Shown here in pieces: positions 1 to 8,224 of a DNA stretch of 64,000 bases (its first letter is position 1; the number at the start of each line of letters is the position of its first letter). Source of the stretch: Candidatus Xenobia bacterium (GTDB lineage: Bacteria; Vulcanimicrobiota; Xenobia; Xenobiales; QWHO01); the NCBI GenBank assembly GCA_045863235.1, contig BTUM01000030.1, positions 17,543 through 81,542 on the forward strand, read 5' to 3'. A program made the translations under genes and the position numbers. The notes beneath the pieces were generated by a model that saw only the letters and a list, made by a program, of their open reading frames with translations, did not search any database and was not told the origin of the DNA.

Positions 1-2814
1 CTGGCAGGCCGACAACACCACCAGCTCGGTTCCCCGCAGGTCCAGCTGAAAGACCTCCAGAGGCCTCAAGATGCCGTCCGACTTGCCGTTCCCTCCCAGG
101 TTGGCACCCGCGAAAACCACCCCGGTCTTGCGGGCCAGGTAGTCCAGCGAGGCCCCGTAGGCCTGCTCGGCCCCCAGCGTGCTGAGTCGCCCCCAGCGGG
201 CAGTGGATGCCCCGGCAAATCCGTGGGTGGCCAGATGCACCAGCTTGTGCCCGGGAGCCTGAGAGCAGAAGGCGTCCTCGGAAGCCGCCTGGCCGATCAC
301 CAGCTCTCCTCCGACCTGTTGCTGGATCAGGCGGGCTTCCTCGCGTGAGCCAGGCAGATCGCTCCACAGGCCCGGACCATAATCGGGACCGCCCATGACC
401 AGAGCCTTGCCCCCGGGCCGCAGCGGGCGGGGCTCCCACAGCTCGCGGGCGGTGTTCAGGTAAGCCAGGCTGAAGCGCTCGACGAGGTAACTCCCGCTGG
501 CATCTTGCAGAATCTCGAAGGGAAGATCCTGTAGCGGTCCGTCGGCCACGATCAACAATCGGTCGACCTCCTCGAGCCAGGGAAGAGCGGGCCCGAGCAG
601 GGCCTGGTGCATCGCCACGGAGGCCTGGCCCAGGCCCGGGTCGTTCTGAGTCAGGAGATGGCGCAGTCGGGTGACCGCCGGCACGTTCTCCAGGCGGGCG
701 TGGTGCAGTCCCTTGCCCGTGATCACGAAGAGGTGCCAGCCGTCGGGGAGCAAGGCATACTCGAGCAGGGCGGCGCCACCGGGCAGGCGGGAACGAATCC
801 CCTCGGCATCCGGGGCCGAGTCCAGCGGCCGCTCCTGGCGCAGGAGCTCAAGCTCCAGGCGCGCCATCTCCGAGCTGATCACATTGCGACGGACCAGCTG
901 CTCAGGGGTGGCCTTCCCTTCGGCCCGCAGCGCCTCCAGCGGAGCCAGCTCCAGCACCAGCTCCCGGGCTCGGGCCAGAGCACGAGCCGACTCGGGATGG
1001 CGCTCGGCCCGCAACAGGGTCACCCGCCAGGCGTGCTCATTGAATCCGCGCCAGCTCTCCAGCGCCTGCAGGGCCTGGTCGGCATCCTGGCGCTGGCTGA
1101 GGTAGAGCCCGGCCAGCTGGCGGGGGAGCTCCTCGTACATGGCCCCCAGCAGGCTCACCCCCCGAGATCCCGAGCCGAGTAAGACCTCACGGCGCAGCTG
1201 TTGGAGGCCCTGCAGGGCCTCCTGCCCGACCTCCAGCGCCTGGTCACGGCGGTCGAGACCGATCAAGGATTGCATCCAGGCTAACTGAGCGTAGAGGGCC
1301 GAACCGCTCAACCCCAGGCGCCGATAGTCCCTCATGGCCTGCTCGTAATGCTCCCTGGCCGCCTCGAGCTGTCCCGAGGCCTGCTCGATGGTACCCAGGT
1401 CCTGCAAGATGGCCGCTCGCTGCTCCTCGCCGGCCTGGCTCAGGGCGGCTTGCAGGGTCGCCAACCCCTGGGCGGTTCGGCCTGACTGCCAGAGCGCCAT
1501 TCCCAGCGCATGCTGGTGCGAGCTGAGCAGGGCTGGTCCGGCGCTGGCCGTCGGTTTCCCTTGCTCGAGGAGCTTCAGGGCCTGGCCCGGTTGGTTCGCC
1601 AGCAGCGCCAGCCGGGCCAGATTGCTCAACACGCGGCGCTCTTCCTCGATCATTCCCTGCTCGGCCAGCAGCATGCGGGCGGTCAACAGGTCGTGGACGG
1701 CCTGCTCCAGGTCGCCCAGCTGCTGCCAGTACTCCCCCCACTGGGCCATCACCACGGCCAGCTCGGGCTTGCGTCCCAGGCGGGTCAGGATGGCCACGCT
1801 CTCGGTTAGAGACCGGTGGGCCGCTTCGTAGTGGCCCAGATACAGGTGGGCCGAGCCCAGGCTGCCCAGGGTGGTGGCCACGGCGGGCTCCAGGCCCAGC
1901 TCGCGAAAGAGGGCCAGGGCCTTCTCGAGCCACACCAGACCTTCGGCCATGCGGCTCTGATCCACCAGCAGATTGCCGCGGGTGAGCATGATCGAGGCCA
2001 GCTGGCGCCGGTCGGTCAGCCTTTGCTCGGCCTGATCCAGGGCCTGGTAAGCCTCGGCGTGGCGCTTCTGGCGCTGGTAGAGTCCAGCCAGGTTGAGCCA
2101 GGCGGTGCCGGCTGGCCCGGGGGGCAGGGCTGGGATGGCCGCCAGGTAGGCCTGCTCGGCTTCCCGGTCGCGCCCCAGGCGCGATAGCGCGGTGGCCCGG
2201 TTCACGTCGATGGAGGCCTGCAGGAGCGGGTCGGGTAGTTGGCCTCGGGCCTGCTCGAGCTTCTCGAGGCCCTTTTCGTAGTGACCTTCTTGCACGTCAA
2301 GCAGGCCCAGATTCCAGGTCAGGCGGGCCAGCAGCTCGGTGTCGCCGATCTGGCCGGCCAGCTCGCCGGCTCGGAGGTAGCTGGCACGAGCCTCATCCAG
2401 GCGCTCGAAGTCGGAGAGGAGATTGCCCAGATCCTTGTAGACCAGGGCCCCCTCTTGCTCCAGGCCGGGCTGGTAGCGGGCCGCCGCCTGACGCAGCAGC
2501 GACTCGGCCTGTTCGTGCCGGTCCTGGCCGCGTAGCTGGTCGGCTCGCAGTCTCTCCAGCGCCATCCGTCCCCCCGCGGGAGCGCTGGCGGGCAAGACGG
2601 CCAGAGCACGCTCGAGGTTTCCCAGTCGGGCCAGGCAGCAGGCTTCGCCCAAAGGGTCGCCCAGCTCGCGGCAAAGCTCGGCGGCCCGCTCCAGCTCACC
2701 CGCCTCCAGCGCTTCGGCCACGGCCGCAGGCGGCTCCCAGCGCAGAGCTTGAAGGGGATCCGAGCTGGCGGCCAGATTGAGGTAAGCCAGCAGCAGCAGC
2801 ACAGCCAGGCGCAT
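1..2814 (-). CDS. TPR-repeat + CHAT (caspase-like) peptidase domain protein, 3' end beyond window
   Basis: Not in the ORF track because it runs off the window. Manual translation from ATG 2814 gives MRLAVLLLLAYLNLAAS (signal-like), many TPR-like helices, then CHAT motifs LLIVADGPLQDLPFEIL, VHLATHGF and ELVVLSACQ at the window edge. Confidence 0.88.
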   Translation of the reverse strand, partial: MRLAVLLLLAYLNLAASSDPLQALRWEPPAAVAEALEAGELERAAELCRELGDPLGEACCLARLGNLERALAVLPASAPAGGRMALERLRADQLRGQDRHEQAESLLRQAAARYQPGLEQEGALVYKDLGNLLSDFERLDEARASYLRAGELAGQIGDTELLARLTWNLGLLDVQEGHYEKGLEKLEQARGQLPDPLLQASIDVNRATALSRLGRDREAEQAYLAAIPALPPGPAGTAWLNLAGLYQRQKRHAEAYQALDQAEQRLTDRRQLASIMLTRGNLLVDQSRMAEGLVWLEKALALFRELGLEPAVATTLGSLGSAHLYLGHYEAAHRSLTESVAILTRLGRKPELAVVMAQWGEYWQQLGDLEQAVHDLLTARMLLAEQGMIEEERRVLSNLARLALLANQPGQALKLLEQGKPTASAGPALLSSHQHALGMALWQSGRTAQGLATLQAALSQAGEEQRAAILQDLGTIEQASGQLEAAREHYEQAMRDYRRLGLSGSALYAQLAWMQSLIGLDRRDQALEVGQEALQGLQQLRREVLLGSGSRGVSLLGAMYEELPRQLAGLYLSQRQDADQALQALESWRGFNEHAWRVTLLRAERHPESARALARARELVLELAPLEALRAEGKATPEQLVRRNVISSEMARLELELLRQERPLDSAPDAEGIRSRLPGGAALLEYALLPDGWHLFVITGKGLHHARLENVPAVTRLRHLLTQNDPGLGQASVAMHQALLGPALPWLEEVDRLLIVADGPLQDLPFEILQDASGSYLVERFSLAYLNTARELWEPRPLRPGGKALVMGGPDYGPGLWSDLPGSREEARLIQQQVGGELVIGQAASEDAFCSQAPGHKLVHLATHGFAGASTARWGRLSTLGAEQAYGASLDYLARKTGVVFAGANLGGNGKSDGILRPLEVFQLDLRGTELVVLSACQ

Positions 2815-2876
2815 GGCCAGCACTTCGCGCTCACCCCTCGGCAGGCCCGCCGCCGGGGTTTCCAGAACCGCCCGGG

Positions 2877-4586
2877 ATGGACCCGCACTCCCTCTTCGAG
2901 CAGGCCAACAAGCTCTTTCTGGAAGATCATGACCAGGCGGGCGCGACTCCGCTCTACCGTCGGGCCGCCGAGCAGGGGCACGCCGGGGCTCAGTATGCCA
3001 TGGGCCTGCTCGAGCCCGAGCAGGGGGTCTGGTGGCTGACCCTGGCGGCCCGTCAGGACCACCCGGACGCGCAGTTCGACCTGGCCACGAAGCTGCTGGT
3101 GGAGCATGGCAAGTCATCGGAGGCGGCCCAGTGGTACCGAAGGGCTGCTCTCCAGGGCCTGGCGGCGGCTCAGTACAGCCTGGGCGTGCTGCTGGCGGTG
3201 GGCCCCGAGTTCTTGCAGCAGGCGCTGCGCCGCCACCAGCAGGGCGACTCCAAGTACCAGGCCGCCGAGCTGCTGGAAAGCCTGGACCTCGAGCAGGCCG
3301 TGAGCTGGTTTCGCCTGGCCGCCGACCAGGGCCACGCCGACGCCCAGTACACCCTGGCCGGAATGCTCTCGGCCGGTCAGGGCGCTCCAGCCGACGATGC
3401 GGAGGCTGAGCGGCGCTTCCGTCAGGCGGCCGAGCAGGGTCATCCCATCGCCCAGTACCGGCTGGGGGCCCTGCTTCTGGATCGGGATCCGGAGCTGGGC
3501 GCCATCTGGTGCCGGCGAGCGGCCGAGCAGGGCTATGCCGACGCCCAGCACCTGCTGGCGGCGTTGATTGCAGAGCAGGGCGATTTTGCCGAGGCAGCCG
3601 TCTGGTTCCGAAAGGCGGCCGAGCAGGGCCATCCGGGGGCCCAGAACCACCTGGGATATGTGCTGGCCCAGGGTCTGGGAGTCCCTGTGGATGCCGAGGA
3701 GTCGGCCCACTGGCTGCGCCTCTCGGCCGAGAGCGGGCAGGCCGACGCCCAGCGGAACCTGGCCGTGTTGCTCGCCCAGGCAGGCAATTACGAGGAGGCT
3801 GCCCTGTGGTATGGCCGGGCTGCCGAACAGGGCCATGCTGCGGCTCAGTTCATTCTGGCTACGATGTATGCAGAGGGCGAAGGCGTTCCGCAAGACAGCG
3901 AGCAGTCGCTGGTCTGGTTGCGTCGCTCGGCCTCGCAGGGCTTTGGGCGGGCCCAGCTGCGGCTGGGCAGCCTGCTGGCAGAAACCGGTCCCCGTGAGGA
4001 GGCGATCCACTGGCTCCAGGCGGCGGCCGCCCAGGGGTTGGAGGAGGCGTACTCCGAGCTGGGCATGCTCTACCTCGACAACGACCCGGTGGAGGCCGAC
4101 CGCTGGCTTCGTCCCCTGGCCGAGAAAGGGGACGCCGACGCTCAGGCCATGCTGGGCATCTTGCACTGCGACCATGATCCGGCCGGAGCGGCGGGGTGGT
4201 TCCGGAAGGCGGCCGAGCAGGACCATCCGGGCGGGCAGTACAACCTGGGCGTGCTTTACTACCAGGGTCTGGGGGTCGAGCCCGACGAACGCGAGGCCCT
4301 GCGCTGGTTCCACCGCTCGGCCACGGCCGGCCACGTGCGTGCCCAGTACAACCTGGCCGCTATCCTGGAGTCCCAGGACCCGGCCGAGGCGGCCGGTTGG
4401 TATCACCGGGCCGCCGAGCAGGGGCTCGACCACGCTCAGTTCAGCCTGGGACAGATGTTCTTTCGCGGTCACGGAGTGGAGCGGGATCTGGCCCAGGCCC
4501 TCCACTGGTTTGGCAAGGCCGCTGAGCAGGGCCACCAGGAAGCGGCCGCCGTGGTGGCTCGACTTACAAGAGCAGCTGGCGGGTGA
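2877..4586 (+). CDS. Sel1-like repeat (SLR) protein
   Basis: More than 10 copies of the Sel1 consensus W(Y/F)R(K/R)AAEQGHxxAQ(Y/F)xLG across 569 aa. Confidence 0.93.
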   Translation: MDPHSLFEQANKLFLEDHDQAGATPLYRRAAEQGHAGAQYAMGLLEPEQGVWWLTLAARQDHPDAQFDLATKLLVEHGKSSEAAQWYRRAALQGLAAAQYSLGVLLAVGPEFLQQALRRHQQGDSKYQAAELLESLDLEQAVSWFRLAADQGHADAQYTLAGMLSAGQGAPADDAEAERRFRQAAEQGHPIAQYRLGALLLDRDPELGAIWCRRAAEQGYADAQHLLAALIAEQGDFAEAAVWFRKAAEQGHPGAQNHLGYVLAQGLGVPVDAEESAHWLRLSAESGQADAQRNLAVLLAQAGNYEEAALWYGRAAEQGHAAAQFILATMYAEGEGVPQDSEQSLVWLRRSASQGFGRAQLRLGSLLAETGPREEAIHWLQAAAAQGLEEAYSELGMLYLDNDPVEADRWLRPLAEKGDADAQAMLGILHCDHDPAGAAGWFRKAAEQDHPGGQYNLGVLYYQGLGVEPDEREALRWFHRSATAGHVRAQYNLAAILESQDPAEAAGWYHRAAEQGLDHAQFSLGQMFFRGHGVERDLAQALHWFGKAAEQGHQEAAAVVARLTRAAGG

Positions 4587-5604
4587 ACTCGGGCAGCTCG
4601 GCCTGGTGGCGAGGAGAGAAGCGCTCTCCCCGGACCGGCTCGAGGGTCGCTGCTCGCACCCGTTCCAGGGTCCCTGAGGCCAGCAGGTCGGCGACCCCGC
4701 TCAGCTCGGCCTGGTGTAACTCGCGGTAGGTCGCCCGGGCTATGGCTGCCTCGCGCTCGAAGCCCTTGCGCTCCAGCCAGGTGTAGGCGATGTGGCTGTC
4801 CTGGGCCACTCCCAGTCCGTCCACCACACCCGCCATGCGATCCAGGTCGGGTTGAGCCACGTTGACCGTCTCGCGCCCGGCCAGGAGAGCGTGCACCACG
4901 CGGCGCAGCGCCTTGCGGCCATCGTGGAAGGCATCCGGGTCTTCGTGTTGCAGGCCGACCTGGTCGAGTTTGTCGAGCAGCTTGGAAACGTGCTGGCGGT
5001 TGCGGCGCTCGTCTTCGCGCAGCAGCATGGCGGGGGTCGCTTCCTGGCCGAAGGGCTTGCTCAGCGAGCGGCGCACGCGCTTGAGGCCGTCCTGGCGGAA
5101 GTGGCTCCAGGCCCCCTCGAACTGCTCGGCCCGGCGAGCCTTCTCCTTGTCGATGGCCTTCTCGAGCCTGGCGGGCAACACGCCCCCGGGAAACTGGGAG
5201 CGCACGGTATCCTCCAGGATGCCGGCGTCCTTGTAGCGGCCCACGGCCGAGGCCAGCCGACTCAACTCGCGCATGCCTCGCCGGTAGTCTTTGGTGGAAA
5301 ATGAGTCGCGGTGAGCCTCCACCACCGACATGGTGGCCCGCACCAGGCGGCGGAGGTTGGAGCTATCCACCTCCCAGGGGGTGGGCTGCTCGCCCAACGC
5401 CTTCACCGTCGCTCGCAGGGCATCCAGGGCCGGAAAAAGCTGGCTGCCCAGGCTGGGACAAAGAGGCCCGGCCTCCACCCTGGCCGGGGCGGTGGCCAGG
5501 GCCAGGAAGACATCCTTCTGGCCTTCAAGGGGGAAGGTGCGTGGGCTGGAGGCCTGGACCGGCAGGCCGGCCAGCAAGAATCCACTGGTGTCGAGCGCGA
5601 GCAT
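4564..5604 (-). CDS. CHAD domain protein (putative polyphosphate-binding)
   Basis: All-helical and Arg/His-rich, with CHAD-like motifs FHDGRKALRR, LASAVGRYKD and DGLGVAQDSHIA. Confidence 0.7.
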   Translation of the reverse strand: MLALDTSGFLLAGLPVQASSPRTFPLEGQKDVFLALATAPARVEAGPLCPSLGSQLFPALDALRATVKALGEQPTPWEVDSSNLRRLVRATMSVVEAHRDSFSTKDYRRGMRELSRLASAVGRYKDAGILEDTVRSQFPGGVLPARLEKAIDKEKARRAEQFEGAWSHFRQDGLKRVRRSLSKPFGQEATPAMLLREDERRNRQHVSKLLDKLDQVGLQHEDPDAFHDGRKALRRVVHALLAGRETVNVAQPDLDRMAGVVDGLGVAQDSHIAYTWLERKGFEREAAIARATYRELHQAELSGVADLLASGTLERVRAATLEPVRGERFSPRHQAELPEFTRQLLL

Positions 5605-5621
5605 CGCCTTCAGCCTAGACG

Positions 5622-5644
5622 GGAAGGCTGAAAGAACCTTGATA
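5622..5644 (-). promoter_or_regulatory. Putative regulator site TATCA-N6-TTTCA-GCCTTCC upstream of the CHAD gene
   Basis: 11-bp-period direct repeat. A near-identical motif lies at the same distance upstream of the gene starting at 22683. Confidence 0.45.
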
Positions 5645-5653
5645 CGCTGGAAT

Positions 5654-6034
5654 CTAGCGGTACCAGTACTCCCAGCGGCGCACGATCACTTTGCCCTTCT
5701 CGTCCACAATCAGCGTCAGATATTCGTTGGAGCGGGACGAGATGGCCACTGGCGGACGCTCGTCGATGCGCGCAAAGATCTTGCCCTCATGATCGTACAG
5801 CCGGGTCACTCCGGCTCGGGTCTTGAGCTCGAGGTAGGGCGCTCCGTCCTGGTTGGGGTCGCCCTGGGGGAGCTCCAACCTCACGACACTGGAGCCGTAG
5901 CGGTCGATGGTCGTCACCTCGGTCTGGCCAAGACTGACCCGGGCGGGAGCGTCGGAGTTGTTCTCGAGTGACCGCACCTGGGTCTCGGCCCGGGCTGACA
6001 GGCACAGGAGCAACACCAGAAGAATGGTTTTCAA
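5654..6034 (-). CDS. Hypothetical secreted protein
   Basis: Signal peptide MKTILLVLLLCLSARA. The start overlaps the dacB stop. Confidence 0.75.
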   Translation of the reverse strand: MKTILLVLLLCLSARAETQVRSLENNSDAPARVSLGQTEVTTIDRYGSSVVRLELPQGDPNQDGAPYLELKTRAGVTRLYDHEGKIFARIDERPPVAISSRSNEYLTLIVDEKGKVIVRRWEYWYR

Positions 6035-7449
6035 AGCGGATCCCTCCAGCCGGCGATGGCTTGCACCACGCGGTCCTCCAGGTCAACGGCGCTCCAGGTG
6101 CCCTCCACGTCGTTGACCAGCACCGAGAAGGCGATGGTCTGCCCGTAGGCGCTGACCACGTAGCCGCTCAGGCCCGAGTGCCCCTTCAGGGTGCCCGTCT
6201 TGGCGCGCACGGCCAGGCCGGAGAGGCGGTAGGCCAGGGTGCCCTGCCCGCCGGCCGGAAGCGAGTCGATGAACTGCTGTGCGTATTCGTGCTGCCACAT
6301 AGCGCCGAGTACTTCCACCATCTGCCGAGGGGACACCCGGTCCAGGGTGGACAGGCCGCAGCCGTCCACCATCTTGAGCCCGTTGGTGTCAATGCCGTTC
6401 TTGCGCATGAAGGCGGCCACCGCGGCTTCACCGCTGGCGGCACTGCCGTGGCCGCCGTGCCTCCAGCCGAGAGACTTGAACAGGTGCTGAGCGAACAGGT
6501 TGTCGCTTTCGCGATTGACCTGGGACGCGAGCTCGATCAGTCGCGGTGACTTGAAGCGCGCGTAGACCTTCAGCTTGCTTACCTGGGGAGATTCGGCCAT
6601 GCGGTCGATGAGGCGAAACGAGCCGGTGTGGCTGATGCCGCCCTTCTCCAGCAGGCGCGCGAAGACGCCGGCCGAGAAGAGGGCCGGGTTGTCCACGGTG
6701 ATGGTGCGATGCACGACCGCGCCGGGAGCGATCACGCCCGAGACGGTGACCACGTCCGAGCCGTCCTCGCGGGTCACGTAGACTTCGCTGTAGCTGCCTG
6801 GCTTGAGCTTGTTGTCGAACCGGATGGAGGCCGAGGAGGGGTTGGTGATGATCTTGCCGGGGGTGATAATCAGCTCGACCAGGTTGGCATTGACCGACAG
6901 AGCGGCCACGCCGGCCGCATAGTCATCGAGCAGGTAACGTTCAAACCAGCCCCGACCGCGGAACTCGCGATCGAAAGCCGAATCGTCGGCCACCACATCG
7001 CCCACGACCCCCTTGACGCCGGCTTTGCGCAATTGGCGCACGAAGAAGCGGAACGGCTCGGTGGCCGGGGTGTTGTAAGGCTCGCAGAAGGATGGATCGC
7101 CCGAGCCCACCAGGTAGAGGTGGCCGGCGATGATTCCTCCCGAGTTCGGCTCGGGTCCTCGCAACTCGGTCTCGAAGCGATGCTCGGGCCCGAAGGCATC
7201 CAGAGCGGCGGCGGTCGTCAGCACTTTCAGGTTGGACGCCGGGATCATGGGGGTGTTCCCGTTCTCGTTGTAGAGCACCCGTCCGGTTTTGACCACCTTG
7301 ATGTAAATGCCGCACTTGCCGCGCAGGCCCGTGCTCTGCACCATGTTGGAGATCTTCTGCTTGAAGGTGATGGCCGAGGGCGGCGGGTCAGCCGCGGCCG
7401 GTAGGGCCATCAGGAGTGCCCACAGGCACAGCAGGCTCAACGGTCGCAA
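6031..7449 (-). CDS. dacB: D-alanyl-D-alanine carboxypeptidase/endopeptidase (PBP4, peptidase S13)
   Basis: PASNLK (SxxK), SDN (SxN), AKTGTL (KTG), GSGDPS and DGCGLS. Start set at TTG 7449 behind a GGAGG RBS. Confidence 0.93.
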   Translation of the reverse strand: MRPLSLLCLWALLMALPAAADPPPSAITFKQKISNMVQSTGLRGKCGIYIKVVKTGRVLYNENGNTPMIPASNLKVLTTAAALDAFGPEHRFETELRGPEPNSGGIIAGHLYLVGSGDPSFCEPYNTPATEPFRFFVRQLRKAGVKGVVGDVVADDSAFDREFRGRGWFERYLLDDYAAGVAALSVNANLVELIITPGKIITNPSSASIRFDNKLKPGSYSEVYVTREDGSDVVTVSGVIAPGAVVHRTITVDNPALFSAGVFARLLEKGGISHTGSFRLIDRMAESPQVSKLKVYARFKSPRLIELASQVNRESDNLFAQHLFKSLGWRHGGHGSAASGEAAVAAFMRKNGIDTNGLKMVDGCGLSTLDRVSPRQMVEVLGAMWQHEYAQQFIDSLPAGGQGTLAYRLSGLAVRAKTGTLKGHSGLSGYVVSAYGQTIAFSVLVNDVEGTWSAVDLEDRVVQAIAGWRDPL

Positions 7450-7554
7450 AAAGCAGTCCTCCCAATGGGGAATCCTTGGGAATTCAACCGGTTGGGGGAA
7501 CAATCCTACCAGGATTGAAAAAAATTCTGGTCCAGGGCTGGGTTCCGGTTTGAC

Positions 7555-8163
7555 TCAATCCTGCTCGTGCAACCAGGCCAGGGTCTTGTCCAACCCGTGG
7601 TTCTTCTCGTGCTCGAGCACCGACTTGATGGCCTTGCCGAACATGTAATGCTTGATTTTCAGCAAGCGCCGCGCTTCCTGGTGGGCCCCGGCCCGAGAGA
7701 GCACGTGATATTCCACCCAGCGCGCCATGCCCTCGCGCAGGGCGATGTTCTTGGTGAGGATCTTCTTCTCGTGCTGGTAGGCGTGCACCAGCTCGTGAGC
7801 GAGAATCGAGCGAAAGCGCGGGCGGGGCAGACCGGGGGCCACCAGAACCTCGTGCCCGCGGCGCTCGCCCAGCTCTTGCGGCGTGTAGCGCCCCATGTTG
7901 CCCTCGGCGTGATAGAGGGAGGCCTTCCAACCGATACCGGGAGGGTGCTTCAGCTCCAGAAAGACCGGCCAGGTCAACTTGATCTGGAACCAGGTCTGCA
8001 GATCTTCAACCAGCTCGTCCATGGCCATGCGAGCCTGGACCGAGCCGTCAATGGTACGGGCGGTCTGGAACTCGGAGGTGGTAAACTGGTACTCGCTGCG
8101 GCCGGTCATGGCAAATTCGACGGTGCGGCCCAGCCAGTTCACGAGCTTCTCGACGACGCCCAC
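7555..8163 (-). CDS. Zinc metallopeptidase, DA1-like (HExxH...E)
   Basis: GLPRPRFRSILAHELVHAYQHE...LREGMARW. Start uncertain; GTG 8163 avoids overlap with the divergent gene. Confidence 0.7.
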   Translation of the reverse strand: MGVVEKLVNWLGRTVEFAMTGRSEYQFTTSEFQTARTIDGSVQARMAMDELVEDLQTWFQIKLTWPVFLELKHPPGIGWKASLYHAEGNMGRYTPQELGERRGHEVLVAPGLPRPRFRSILAHELVHAYQHEKKILTKNIALREGMARWVEYHVLSRAGAHQEARRLLKIKHYMFGKAIKSVLEHEKNHGLDKTLAWLHEQD

Positions 8164-8224
8164 TCTGGCGAGTTCGACCTCGAGGCGGGATTGCCTGGCA
8201 GGCAGGGCGAAGGCGCCGGCACTC

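Noticed and set aside
1..2814. CRISPR-associated TPR-CHAT (Craspase-like)
   Set aside because: No cas genes or array in the window; TPR-CHAT proteins are common on their own.
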